Assembly: GCA_964016885.1 (NCBI GenBank)
Contig: OZ024747.1
Location: 15,500,001-15,564,000, forward strand
Direction: 5' to 3'
DNA from: Eledone cirrhosa
Taxonomy: Eukaryota
DNA: 64,000 nucleotides
The stretch's first letter is position 1; the number at the start of each line of letters is the position of its first letter. This document shows positions 30,311 through 45,173 of the stretch, piece after piece. A program made the translations under genes and the position numbers. The notes beneath the pieces are model-generated. The model ran no database searches and was not told where the DNA came from. It worked only from the letters and a program-made list of their open reading frames with translations.

Positions 30311-30991
30311 CCTTAAGGATATAAAAAGATTATGTGTAGCGGATGGCTGTGCCCAGGCAACTTCCTTATAAAGAAAAGAGATTGCTGTAATTTTACTTCT
30401 CTGTAAATTTCTTTTCCCCTAAAACGCAAAACATCCCAAAGGACGTTCTCGGAACTCTCCTAACGGAAGTTCTCTTTTTCGTTGAAACACTGCAAGTTGA
30501 ATAAGTTATGATCGCTCAACGAAACCTGTGTCTTTACGCACTGTTATGTCTTCGTTGTAGTATTGCATTAAACATGTATACACACGCACACACATATATA
30601 TATATATAAGTAAATTCTTAAAAGAATCTGTTGTATAGACTCAAATATGAGTCCCCAAAAATATATCTAGATATAATTATACGACGCCAGCAAACATGAG
30701 ACATATGTGTCACAGAATTGTGCTTAATTGTGTCATCTTTGTCTGCATATACCAGCCAAGACTTGATTGAAATTGTGTGAAATTGGGTAGCTGTAAACTG
30801 TTATATTCAATCAGATTATTTGTACCTAAGATTTATAAGAACCACTTGACTCTTGTTTAAGTTTGAAACCTTATCCGTCTATTTTATAAGTTGACACATT
30901 TTCAATGTAATCGATCTGTATAATAATACACATATCTCACTCTACATATATTCCACATACACCCACTTTCCTCCTCTATCGCGGTTTACAT

Positions 30992-30994
<3 letters not shown>

Positions 30995-31085
<91 letters not shown>

Positions 31086-31089
31086 GCAC

Positions 31090-31152
<63 letters not shown>
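30995..31152. repeat. (CA)n microsatellite
   Basis: Direct inspection. Confidence 0.97.
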
Positions 31153-31164
<12 letters not shown>

Positions 31165-31399
31165 GAGAGAGAGAAAGAGATAGATATATTTCTTTATTAG
31201 CCACTAGGGCGCACAAGAAAATGGGACAAAAAAGACATGCCGGGGATTTTACATAAAATCGGGTAACAAAATATAAAACAAACAATTATAACAATCGAAA
31301 TCCACAATAGGAGGGAGGCGCCACAAATGGGTTGTTTAATACCCCGTCGATAGAACAACCCTCAACTTCAGGAGCGTGTTGTGCAAGTGCTCTATTCTT

Positions 31400-34300
31400 C
31401 TTTTTGCTCTCTTCTTCAACCTACAAGTTTATATACAGTGAAGGCCCAATCACTCGGGCTATTTTTGCCACATTCACCCACCTTTCAGTAAACTTACTGG
31501 GGTGCAGTGCCTCTCTCTCCACTCTGATTCTCCTTCTAAAGTGGTATCTAAGAAGGGAATGAGTTGTCTGGAGAGAAAGGCAACTATCCTCAGTCCTCTC
31601 AATCTCGTCCTATTTCACCATAGCCACTATACAGAGGAATACCGCCTCTCTTTCGTTTTTGAAAGAAGTTGGCGCTTTGATCCTTACTATGGTCTGGGCA
31701 GTCAACTGGATTTGTCCCATACGCGACAACAGTTGTTCTGCGTAGTTCCACAGGTCGGTTACGCCCGGGCAGTGTACAATCGCGTGCAGGACGATTTCAG
31801 TGTCTTGCGCGCATCTTGGACACGTCCTATTGGAAGGATCCTTACCGGGGCGTCCGTGCCTGTAGATCTTGTCACGAACTGGTAGAGCTCCTCGGTAGCA
31901 CTGCCAGGCCAGGGACCTCTGGAGGTTGTCCATAGGTCCCAAGCGGAAAGTCCTATCAAACAGATCGGTGAGCTGATCGTCTTCGACGCCTAGAATCTCC
32001 TCGAGCACGTCGTCGCACTTGTAACGTACAATCCCTCTATAGAATGTCGAAGTGGTCTCTCCACTGATTGCTGTGCCCGCTTGCCAGAGGACTGTGAGCG
32101 CCCGAGCGCATTCAATGTGCCAGGCGCCCATCGTTTTCGGTCTTCCCTTGATCCAGGACTGCAGCTCAGTCAGCGAGACGAGCTGCGGGAAAGCCTGACT
32201 CACAAATGGTGCCCACACCCGTTGGGGTCCGGCGAGGAATACCTGGAGATGACGCAGTCTCAGCGCATGTTTGCGCAACATCAGCCACGGCATTCCCAGT
32301 CCTCCAAGGGTGCTGACAACAGACGGATCTCTCCACCAGCGGAGCCTGCTTCTTCCAGAGAAACTGGGAGAGCATGCGTTCCATCTTGGCGAGTTGTTCA
32401 CGGGGACAAGGCACGGCAGTCAAGCGGTAGTAGATGACGGACGCTATGAAAGTGTTGGCCACCTCCGCTCGACCTTTCAAAAACAGTTTGCACTCTGTCC
32501 ACTTCTGGGTGAGCGCAAACACCTTGACCGTGACCTCGTTCCAGTTTTTCTCCACCTGGAGGTCTGGACCGAACCAGACCCCAAGCAAATTCACCGGTCC
32601 GTCCGTGCAGCGTCCAACGACGCTGTCGGACGTCATCGGTTTGCCTCTCCACGTTCCGAGTTACAAACGGACAGATTTGTCCGGGTTTAGTTCTGCTCCC
32701 GTCAGCGTTTCGTATTCTTTCAGTAAGTTGCCGATCACCCCGATTTCCGAGGTGCTCGATACCATCACTGTCACGTCGTCGGCATAAGTCGACGCCGCTT
32801 TCCGCAGTCCCGGTTCCAGTGGGATGCCCTACAACAGCTCTAATTTCCGCAGTAGTGGCTCTAGCGTCAATGCATAGAGAATGGGGGAGAGAAGGCATCC
32901 CTGTCGAATGGCACGCGTGATTGCGAACGGCTCCGATAGGTAGCCGTTCACCTTGACCCTCTAGCAGATACTGGTGTGCATCGCCTCGCTCCAGCCTCTA
33001 AAAACGGGACCGAAACCGGCCGCTTTGAGAACGGCTTCCAAGTATCGATGGTCGACCTTATCGAATGCTGTAGACTAATCTAAATTGATCAGAGCTCCCA
33101 CCGAAGCCGGGTTTACACCCGACTCTCTCTATGATGTATCGCATGAGGTGGAGGTTGTCGTGTATGAACCTGGTCGGGATTGCATACATTTGCCCTTTCC
33201 CTACCAGATTCTCGACGACAAGCGCCAACCTTGTCGCTAGCACCTTGGCAAAAATCTTTATCTCTGTGTTGAGCAGAGTTATGGGCCTGAAGTTGTTAAT
33301 TTCGTCCCCCTTGTTCTCGTCTTTCCTGTTCAGCGTTACTACGCCCTTGCCTGCAGAACTGGGAATTCTCCCGTTCTGCTTCCAATTGCAGTAGACGGCT
33401 TTGCGTACGCCAGAGACAAAGTCCGGTATGCCTATGTAAAGTTCATAGGCTAGACAATCTAGACCGGGTGACTTGCGTGTTCCCCAGAGGCCCAGAGCGT
33501 CCTGTATCTCAGTGTCCGTGATCGGTCTTTCGCAGAACTCGGCGTCCGTGTTCGAGAGACGCGAGGTATGAACTAAAGTCCATTGCCCTGTTCGGCTCAC
33601 CGTCGTTCTGATCAAACAGTCGCGCAAAGTGCTGCTGAAAGGTCGCGCACATTTGCTTGGGGTCAAGTAGCACGCGTTCGATTTGGTCTTTCAAAGACCG
33701 AATCGAGGACTAGTTGCCACTTTTTGCCACTGCCGCTCCGCCAGCTGACAGCTTTCGCTCCTTCGTTTCCTAGAGCACGTGTTTTGCTTCTGACCACGCA
33801 GCCTTCGTGTTTCTCGTCGAAGAACTGGTCCAGTGCCGTTCTCGACTCTAACACACTAGCAGCGTTGCCACTTCTAAGTGCCTCCTCTACCTTGGCTACT
33901 AGTTCTCTTTCTATTTTGTTTTTCTCTAAGGCTAACTCACTGCTAAAACCTATCGATTCCACTCTAATTGCTTTCTTGAGAGAGTACCACCATCTATTGT
34001 TGACGATGGCGCCCGTTAACTGTTGCTTGACTAGTCTACTTATCCGTCCACTGTAAGCTTTACGTGACGGCAACGGCACGTTTAGCTTCCTGTATCCGGC
34101 TCCCTGTCTATGTGTTCTATCACGATTGACTATGCAGGCGACTAATTTGCGATCTGAATAAGCAACCATGTGCATTCGTGGACAGCTTAATATCTTATCC
34201 CTTTCTCTAATGAAGAGCCTATCTAAATACGAACTAGATATCCCGCTGCGGTTTGCCTACGTCCACTCTGGTGCAGTTGGGAATCCAGTCGATACCTATC

Positions 34301-34824
34301 GGCCAGTTGAAATGGCCTTTTAATGTTTTGAGGCTGTTGCACCCCTCCTCTACTGGGACATGATCCTACATAGTCCCATCGTGCATCTAGGATACCATTC
34401 TAGTCCCCCACTAAAAGCAAGGAGCGAGATATTCCCAGAAAAAACTCTCGACGTTTGAAGAAGTCTGGCCGCGATTGCCCAGTTGGAGTATAAACGTCCA
34501 CCAGTCTGAAGGCTCCACTTCCAACACTGTTCACGTCTAGGACTACCAGTCGATCCGCCGGGTCCAAATGTACTTGCTGTATTTCGATGTCCAGGTTTTT
34601 CCGAAACATGACAGCTACTCCCCGTCCACCTCCTGGCTGACAGAGAGATGCGTAGATCTCAAATCGTCGAAGGTGGGGGTCAGCTGCTGCCTGTTGTGGA
34701 TCCTGGACTCGGTGATGGCTATCACATCTATATCGTGTGACCTAAGGTCGTTTAAGAGTTTGCCATGTTTCCAGGGCATCCCTAGGCCTCGCACATTCAC
34801 ACTTTCAACTCGTAAATCAGCCAT
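31400..34824 (-). pseudogene. ORF2 (APE endonuclease, RT, C-terminal Zn motif), multiply frameshifted
   Basis: SVNVRGL..IAITE, LLLVGD, YSDRK, KSPGLD, FRPITLLNTEIKIFAKVLA, QGCLLSP, YADD (~32777-32788), LLGVWFG, CPRC..IVLHAIVHC. Confidence 0.9.
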
Positions 34825-35441
34825 GTTGGTGTAGAAGAGTTGGCAAAACAAGGACGAAAGGATGCACTTACCTTTCCGTTTTCTGGAGATCGGGTTGTTC
34901 GATCTCCATTTCAGTTTTGGTGGGGGTGTTGAGTGGGGTGAGGAAACATTTCAACAGGACACGGTTTATTGGTCTTTGTCATGGGTTGCAAACGTCCTGT
35001 GAAAATTGGTACTTTAGTTTTTGGTAGGTTTCGACCGGAACTCTTATTAGTTTGATATGTTGTGCAGTGTCAGATTTTACAAACGTTTTCCCCTCAGATT
35101 CCACTTTGGAGTCCTGGGAGATGATCTCCTTTACATTTTTATTGTTGGTGTTGATGTATGTATATTGTTTTTGTTTTGGTTGTGTTGTTTTAGTTTGTTG
35201 TTCGTCTGTGAGTTTTCTTTTTTGTGTTTGGGGTGGTGTTGGTGTTTTTTTTGTTGGTAGGGGAGGTTTGGTTGTGGTGTTGTTTGTGTTGTTGCTTGTG
35301 TCTGTGGTTGTGTGTTGGTGCTGGTGATTGGAGATTTTGGGGTTTTGCGGTGAGTCTTTTTTTTTTTTTGATTTCTGAGGCTCTTCTTCTTCTTCACTTA
35401 AAGAAGGAGAAGAATCTTCATCCGTTGATGAATGATCATCG

Positions 35442-36331
35442 TCAGGAGTGTGGGGTAGGGGAATGTTGAGTGGTGATGGTGTTTCGGTGTGTGCATTTGT
35501 GGTAATGTTTGATGGAGTGGGACGGGGTGTGGTTGTGTTCTTCAGAGGTGTTGTCTATTTTTTCTGTTGGTGTTAGTTGAGTGTCTGTTTGTTTTGGTGT
35601 GTTTGCTCGTATCGTCTGTTGTTGGACTTGTGGTGGTGGCTGTTTCGGTGTTGGTGTTGGTAATAGTGTTTTCTTTTGTTTCAATGATGTGGTTGTGGTG
35701 TATTGTGAAGGACAGGAGGCCTTTAGATGTGCTGAGCTACCACAGCCAAAGCAATGATGTTTACGCCCTTCCACCGAAATGTTTATTTGTTGTGGCCGTC
35801 GATGACGACTTGTTCGGGTATTTTGGAGATTCTCTCCGGCCACATCTGCATCAGAATCTTCAAATCAGTACCCGCCCACCTTTGTCTAATAGACTTCCGT
35901 ACAGAAAGAATAGCATCAGTCTCTGGCTCCACGAAACCAGCCAAGATCCACCAGATGTTAATGTTTGGTGGTAAATTTTTGATTTTGATTTTTTGTGTCC
36001 TTTTTCCCATGTACGTAGGGAAAAAGGTGAATGCTTTTGATACAATTGGTGTCACAGAATGTTTTGGGGCGAGTGCTTCGCTTTTAAACAGTACGGAAAT
36101 ACTTCCGTACTGTCTTCCTCGTTGAAGAAAGTCAATATTTTCTAGAGTCTCCTTCAAGGTGGCTTCAATGTCTCCTTGACTCACAAATACTGGCTTTCTC
36201 GTTGTGTTTGAGACAGTCCTGAAGGTCACTGTCCTTCGAACCGTCTCTTCTTTTATTTCTATGGGTGAGCTGATTCTAAACCCACCCTTGTCTTCGCAAG
36301 TTACACATATCCCTCTCATTAGAGATATCAA
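35442..36331 (-). pseudogene. ORF1 gag-like protein with CCHC zinc knuckle, frameshifted
   Basis: ORFs 35783-36331 and 35442-35843; CFGCGSSAHLKASC followed by a T/P/Q-rich low-complexity region. Confidence 0.75.
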
Positions 36332-37006
36332 GATTTATAAAATCTCGTTTCTTGTTCACTGTTTCAGCGAAAGACATTTTGTTTGTGGTATTGCTGTTGT
36401 TGTTGTTGTGGTTGTCATTGTCAGCCTCGTTTTTAGAAATCGCAATTTATTGACGAGGTGAAACTTTATCCATGGAGTTGTTGTTGGCTTTTTCCAACAT
36501 GTATGTATATGAATAGGTTTAATTTCTGTGTTTTCTGTGTTTTCTGTGTATGTTGTGTGTTATTTTTCTCCGCTTCAACGGTAGAAATTTAAAAATGTTC
36601 AAGTGGCTATATTTATTCTCTTTTGACAGTCGTATCCATGACGACGTCTATAATGGGAGAAGCAGATATAACGTTAATATCTGCCTTTCTACTACTCTTC
36701 TCTCTGTTAGCATTCTTCGGCGTTCTTTCCGAGTCACTCATTTTTATAGTCGGCAAAATTTGATTTTTTTAAACAATTTATAAATTAAATATTCGCCTCT
36801 AAAGGGGCGAAAAATGGGATTACCACCCAGCTGACAATTCAACTTGGGGGTTAATCTACAAAGTGATAGGTTTTTTCAAACAATTAGTCCAGTTTTTTGT
36901 ATAGATATTTACAAAAAAGCTTACCATCGATGTTCCACGCGTCAGATAGATAGATTGATAGATAGATAAATATATGTGTACGTACGTGGGAGATGGATAA
37001 AGAAAC

Positions 37007-37055
<49 letters not shown>

Positions 37056-37083
37056 GGGTATATATATATATATATAAGGCATG

Positions 37084-37154
<71 letters not shown>

Positions 37155-37157
<3 letters not shown>

Positions 37158-37452
37158 GAAGTTATATTTAATTTGTTGGAATACAACAAGCAAATATTTT
37201 TATAACTGATATAAAGCACTTAACAAATTATTGGAGTAAAAATACAATATACAAATTGAAACTATATTTACAAATGGAACCGACGTGGTCACATTCTTTA
37301 AGGGTATGTCAATATTTGTTTATGAAACTGATCTATATTATATTTTATCTGATGAAAGCGCACCATAATTTGCTTTGGTGTCCTTTAAATATATATAATG
37401 AAATAAATATGGTTTTATAAATATAGTTTCCATTTGTCAATATATTGTATAT
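37155..37452. mobile_element. Diverged fold-back element with decayed hammerhead (37343-37403, plus)
   Basis: Arms ~37242-37272 / 37415-37450; ttttat CTGATGA aag..cacca/tggtg..ctt TAAA tatata ta atgaaa. Confidence 0.55.
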
Positions 37453-37472
37453 ATATATATTGTATATAATAT

Positions 37473-37539
<67 letters not shown>

Positions 37540-37924
37540 TCATGCCATTCTATAAATATTTCTCTTCCTCGTCGCTCTGTATATATATATATATGAGTGT
37601 GTGTTTAAATGCGTGTATGTACGCGTGCATACATAAACATATAAAAGGTAATTTGCATGCGTAAGCATATATACACACATTCTTACATTCACATAGGTAA
37701 ATGGTCATATTTATGAGTTGTATAAGCATGGGTGCTTATATTGTAAACTTTCTATTCACAATTTAACGTATTTTATGAGTATGGGGATTCTCATAGGCTT
37801 ATTTGCAAAATGTTTCTTTCACATGATGTACCATCTGTTACATATATATGCTGCATTCAAAGACTGACTTCATCATTTACAACAACACTACATTATGTAA
37901 CATAAAGGACATATGATAATTAAA

Positions 37925-37955
<31 letters not shown>

Positions 37956-37991
37956 CGTGTGTGTGTGTGTGTGTATGTGTGTGTATGTATG

Positions 37992-38051
<60 letters not shown>

Positions 38052-38721
38052 TAAGGATATACAATAAAGACATACATCCATTAAAATTTTAGAGGATTTT
38101 CGCCGCTATCGATTTGAAATATTATTTTGTATGTAACATGCTTCGAAATGAAGTAATAATAATAACACTATATACTACAACTAATAATAATAACAATAAT
38201 AACAATGATGGTAATAATGATAATAAAAATAAGAATGGAAGAAGAAGAAGAAGAAGAAAAAGAAGAAAAGGGCGTATGAGGAGGAGGTGGAGGGGAAGGC
38301 GAAATAGAAGAAGTGTAAGAAGAAATAGAACAACAATAGCAACAATATAAACAACACGGAAGACAACAAAATATGTATAATCATAGGAAAACAAAGAGCA
38401 ATATTTCTGAAAAACTTCAAAAACGTATTATATGGTTAATATCTAATCTACAAAGTAAAATATAGCAAATGAAATAATTTACAATATGAAGTGTATGAAA
38501 TTGTTATAAAGTATAATTCATATTTAATTTAGTAGCCAGTTGGGCATTTTTTGATATATAAATATCGACACTCAATTTAACGTTCACACACCCATACACA
38601 CACACTCGTATATATGCACATGGATTTATATATATGGGTATGCACACAAAACTTACCCGGTCTCTTTTTCTCTCTCTATACATATATGTGTGTATGTATA
38701 TATATATATACATACACGCAG

Positions 38722-39362
<641 letters not shown>

Positions 39363-39903
39363 GCATTACGTGTGGGTGTCATTATGTTTGTCTTATACAC
39401 ACACACACACACAAACATATATATAAATATGTATCTGAGTGTGTGTGTATGAGAGTGTGTGCGGGTGTGTGGAAATATGTTCTATACAGAAATAAAGGAA
39501 AGAATATATGTCCATACAATCAAGTTTGAAATAAATATAAAGATATAGATATAATTTATTTGTTTATATAATGTTATATTATGACTAAACATGTGTTATG
39601 CCTACATCTAATTTAATTAAAAACTTTAGGAAAAATATAATATATATGGAAAAATATAGTGTATAGGAAAATATAATATATTCATGTATTCCTTTATTCA
39701 TTATTATTTTGCATGACGACATAAGGCTGCGTCTATGTATTGAAGCAGATTTACAGATGCGCATAGCTGTTCACATGCATACGCTTAAACATTCACAGAA
39801 GCAAGCACACATCCATATAGATTAATGGATAGATACGCGCACACACACTCAAACACACGCACACATACACACACATAAATATCTTATATATATATGAATA
39901 TAT

Positions 39904-39961
<58 letters not shown>

Positions 39962-40106
39962 AGAGAGAAGGAGAGAGAGGGGGGAGGAAGAGAGACACAG
40001 AGCGAGATTGAAGTTGAAATCTTTGAAGATTACAAAATTCTTTTAACATAAAACGTACGCGGCATAAGTAACTTATAAACATATTTCAATTTAAATCGAA
40101 CAATAA

Positions 40107-40143
<37 letters not shown>

Positions 40144-41194
40144 GTGCGTGTGCGTGTGTGTGTGAGAGAGAGGGTGTGTATTATTAATTGAAAGGAGCGG
40201 CAGTGATTTGGTATATTTTGATTTTGACATAATGCTTTTTCCAATGACCGCTTCAAGCCAATCTTCGGACGGACTTTTTAATGCAAACAGTATCTTTTGA
40301 TGCACCTGCACAAATCAGCAGTAATATTACCTCGTGTCAATGAATATTTCAGGTCTTTTACTTTCAGATTCGAATTAAGGTGATCCAGTCGAAGATGATA
40401 ATGTTCCGTATCTTATTTAGTTTTCAATGCCCCTTTAATGAGACTCAGGAGTATTAAGCAAATTTCGTCGTTTTTTTGTGTAATTTGATGACTCAGCGTC
40501 TTTTGACTTTCCTTATGTCTAACATCTTATATATTCTGCCTAGAAATTTGTAACTTCGCCAAGCGTCGTTCCACCATATTTTCATGAAAGTGTGCGTTAT
40601 AATAATTATTGTACTGGATTCATAAGGTCGTTGGTTCGATTCCAAGACCTAGCGCATGTTGTGGCTTTCAGTAATGGATCGGGAGAGAGAAATATACTCT
40701 AATATACGAAGAAATGAATGTTGTTCGATGAGCTCGGGTTTTGATGGCGCAGTTTCGCACTAAAGCTACAAATTGGTTTTTGACGGAAAGAGATGAAGGC
40801 CACCTGGTCCATCCTAGTAGCTATGTGCCATTTTCCTGCGGCACTTTGAATAACTGGCCAATAAAAGAGAATTATTATTAAGTTCTACGCATAACTTGAA
40901 ATATATCGGATATATTTCATTAGCAAGCCGTCCGCTGGAGATCTCAACGTTGTAGGCACGTTCCCACCTGGATGCTACCATTGTACCATTAGCCCACCCT
41001 AAAGTAACACTTTATCTATTGCTATGTAAGCGGTACCACAAGAATTTGAATGAATATATTCCAACATACACGTAATTACATTAAAAGAAGAACTATACAT
41101 GTAGTAAATATTATGTGTAATTTAAATGAGAGAGAATGGTATGAATAATTATATAAGGTCGATAAATGTTTGTGTGCATATATATATATATAAC

Positions 41195-41244
<50 letters not shown>

Positions 41245-43605
41245 ATTGTGGTGAGTATGTGAAGGGGACAGGGTATGTGCTTGTCTCTATGTGTGTGCGA
41301 TATTTCAGATGTAGCAACACAGTTACCATATTTGTTTCTACATGCCAATTCCTTTTTAATTTAGTCAATAAGAAAAACTACTTTCTTAATAAATTAGAAA
41401 ATGGAAGGAATTCGGGGGGGATGGATATTGTCTTTTTTTCTCCTTATTATTATTTATGCAATAATTATTCCGTACTGAAAACGCCTTTAAGCAAACAAAC
41501 AAACAAAATATAAGGAGATATAAACAGAAGAACACTGCCTCTAGCATATTGCACTTTCACACAATATTTTACAGATTATTGGAGAAAATTACTTCATTGC
41601 TCCAAGCTGACATTTCCATCCGTCTTTGTTAAAATATCAGCTAATTAATTGTCGAAATAAATAGGTGTTGTTCATAAACAAACTTTAATGTATTTAGCAA
41701 ATAATTGACAACTTGGTTTTCATGGAATATGTTCTTGGTTTTGTTTGTTTTAATTTTTTTCTAAACTTATTCACCGTTCGTTTATTCAATTCCGCTATGA
41801 TTATAACAATTGTTGTATATTTTAAAAATGCTCCCAGTGTTCTTTTTTTTTCTTTCACTCATAGCCTTAAGGCTGTGGTCGTATATTTAAGCATAGTTTC
41901 ACATACGCATCTGTTTACACAAACATGCTTTGTATAGCAAATTCTTCAGAGCGTACTTTCGTTGTGGTGTTTACTTATTTTACATTCCATGTTCAATTCT
42001 GAACGAGATTACATTTAGTTCTCCTTATCAACCCCTAGTGATCGATACACTAAATTATCATTAATGTTCAGTACTTGCTTTATCCTACAGCAGCTTCGGT
42101 CAAAATATATATATGTGAACTACAGGTAAAAATTAGTTTTGATGAAATCGATGATGTTGAATTGTTCAAATGTTGGATTGCTGGACGAAAGACATTCCAG
42201 TTTGTATCTATGCCATTTTACATATTGTGTTCTAATACCGACATGGCGGAATTTGTATTTCATCTTTTCAAAATTTATAAAGTATGTACCTGTTCAAATA
42301 TCACCTGGGCCATATCCTGATTCAGCTATACATCTTACAGTATAAGTTGTGGTCCCATGGTCATGTCATTTGAATTCAGAACGCAATCTACCAAAATAGA
42401 TATCGAATCTTCTGACGGGTGATGCCTGCTAGAGAGTATGTGTGATGTTTATAAGGAAGCTTATTACTCAGAAGACAGACCAGCCAACAAGGCATCACAC
42501 AATGAATTTCGTTGTCAAAGGAAACTGATGATCAGTAATATTATCAATATATTGAGGGAACTTATTATCTGGTAGGGACAACAACAACATAATCATAATC
42601 ATTCTTTACACGTGTTTTATTAAAACGATCTGTAGTCAATACAATCGACTGCATCTAGAGTCAAACTATATGGGTGTGTTCCAAATTTAGAGATTACCAT
42701 GCATCTAATCGACGGTGTTAAATTGAAAATCATTTAGATTGCGGGACGACAGTTATTTCGGTTTATTCTATGTCATTTTGCTTTTTGATTTCTAATACTA
42801 CAAAATAGGATTTGTATTTTAACTTTTCGGAAATATATAAAATACATAGCAGTTAAATGATCCCATCTGTCAACTACCGTTAAAGAATGAGTCTATCATA
42901 CATATTGTTTGATAAAGCACATTATTTGATATATATTAATTGATAAAATGTAGTCATAATGCATATTGCCTGGTACACAAATTGTTTGATAATACTAGGA
43001 AGATAATTTAAGCCGTAATTTTACTAATTCTGGTCTCTTCTGAGAATAAAAATCAATTTTCTAACATTGTTACTAGTTGCTCCATAATATGTTACTCATA
43101 ATATACGAAAGTATAATTGAGCCAGAGAGTGTCATGTGATGTCGAGTATATGGACGCAGCGCAGCTGTCAATTACAATATATGAACTACAACTCATGCAA
43201 CTAACTGTCAGACACACTATCTCTTCAGCCAGCTGCGATTTTTACATTCAAACAAGTATCAAATAACTGTTAGCAGCAGTTTGTGACGGTCTAAACAGCG
43301 ACGTCAGCCATTTCTGCCAGGTGTTTTAAACGTACATAACATCATTTACATAACAATTGCTACGACTTTCTTTGTGGTCGGCATCGTTTGGTGACTGTAA
43401 TGAAGTGCTACTTGACTGACTAAGATCTGTTACTCCATTATCATTATTATAGAAGAAACATGACATGAAAATTCAAACAGTATATTTGTCTGTTTATCTC
43501 AATCTAGCCGACTACTGGAAAATAGAAACGGACAGACAGACATACACATACACATACACACGCACACACTCATTCAAACACTCTCTCACACACACATATA
43601 TAATG

Positions 43606-43643
<38 letters not shown>

Positions 43644-43822
43644 TATACAGGCCATGTGCGGGCGTCCGTGTGTGTATAGTTGTATGTGTGTGCGTCTGTT
43701 CGTGTGTGTGTGTGTGTATAAATTACCGGTGCGTCATGGTATTTTCTTTCAAAATTATAATATACAAGACAATAGGTATAGTAGATTTTTTAGCAAACAG
43801 AATGTTATTAAGTATTCTGGCT

Positions 43823-44332
43823 TCTAAATAAATATTATGTTGAAGTTCCTGTCTGTTTGATTGTTTGTTTGTTCACGAACTACTCCTATGGTTTTGGACA
43901 TAGACAACCCCATAACCATATATATTCTGAAACTACATTGTCCAGGGTACTTGGATAAGTATATTTCATTTTAATCAAAGGGTTCCCCGGGGGCACAAAC
44001 CCCCGCTGAGAATTTTTTCCATTCGATTTATATGAAATTTAAACCATAGGTAAATGACAAGATTTGATGCCTATTCACAAAAGTTTTGAATTGATATTTT
44101 GAAAAAAATTATTTACAAGAAACAAAATAAGAATAAGATTTAATAATTTAATTTTGATTTGATATATTACAAAAAATAATGTTTTCCAATTTATCATGCA
44201 TTACATTTTACATTGAGTAATATTGAAATGCAGAGTTTTTCTCCATCAATTATATCACTGATTTAAAATTAATCATCATTTTCTTACAAAAAAAATGTGT
44301 GAAACGCAGCAAGGCGCGGGTAATTCGGCTAG
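43823..44332 (+). mobile_element. Probable non-autonomous Helitron-like element
   Basis: 5' TC, subterminal (GTTT)n/ctgtctg, 3' GC-rich hairpin-like cgcagcaaggcgcggg then CTAG; A/T target site not preserved. Confidence 0.5.
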
Positions 44333-44349
44333 CATATATATATATATAT

Positions 44350-44975
44350 ACAAGAAAGTACGTCCATAGAATCATTTCATAAAATATATACAGTATTTCC
44401 TCTCCCAATCAGCATAATCAACCACAGAAAAAAATCAATTAAAAAAGTCTATAAGATTAAAAGGCAACTATCAAGAAACAATAGATAAATAAACAATAGC
44501 TATTTTATTCGCGATCAACAGCCACAGAATATTTACCCAGTATTTCTAATAGCCCGTGGAAATCGACTAGATATATAGCCAATCCATACACAATTAAGTA
44601 CAAAATCAAAGTTAGAAGAAAATATGTATATAGCCACGTCACAGTTCTTAGCCATTTTGAATTCGTTTCGGGTGGGAATCATTTAAGAAAAATGTTTGTC
44701 CAATCGAGTTTGTTTCCTGATGATTTCGAAACTCGTGAATTTATCCTTGATTGGATATTTCCAAAAAGCGAATGAAACCTCACGGGGTAGATACATCATT
44801 TTGGTATGCTTATATACATTTTTCTTCTAACTTTGATTTTGTACATAATTGTTTATGGATCGGCTATATATCTAATCGATTTCCATGGGCTATTAGAAAT
44901 ACTGGGTAAATATTCTGTGGCTGTTGATCGCGAATAAAGTAGCCATCGTTTATCTATCTATGGCTCTGTCTAGTT
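44350..44975. mobile_element. Fold-back element (arms ~44490-44630 / 44812-44952) with hammerhead-like remnants in the loop
   Basis: ttattcgcgatcaacagccacagaatatttacccagtatttctaatagccc and its reverse complement; ctgatgatttcgaaac at ~44717. Confidence 0.8.
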
Positions 44976-44985
44976 TATGAAAATG

Positions 44986-45173
<188 letters not shown>

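Larger units (their letters stand above)
31185..36800 (-). mobile_element. Near full-length degenerate L1/Tx1-like non-LTR retrotransposon
   Basis: ORF1-APE-RT-Zn order on the minus strand; AATAAA at 31193-31198 (minus) before a (TC)-rich tract; 5' boundary approximate. Confidence 0.88.

Noticed and set aside
38114-38420. N/R-rich and L-rich ORFs
   Set aside because: (AAT)n/(GAA)n simple repeats
40030-40600. Possible host exon(s) on the minus strand
   Set aside because: In-frame stops, no recognisable domain and no consistent splice pattern
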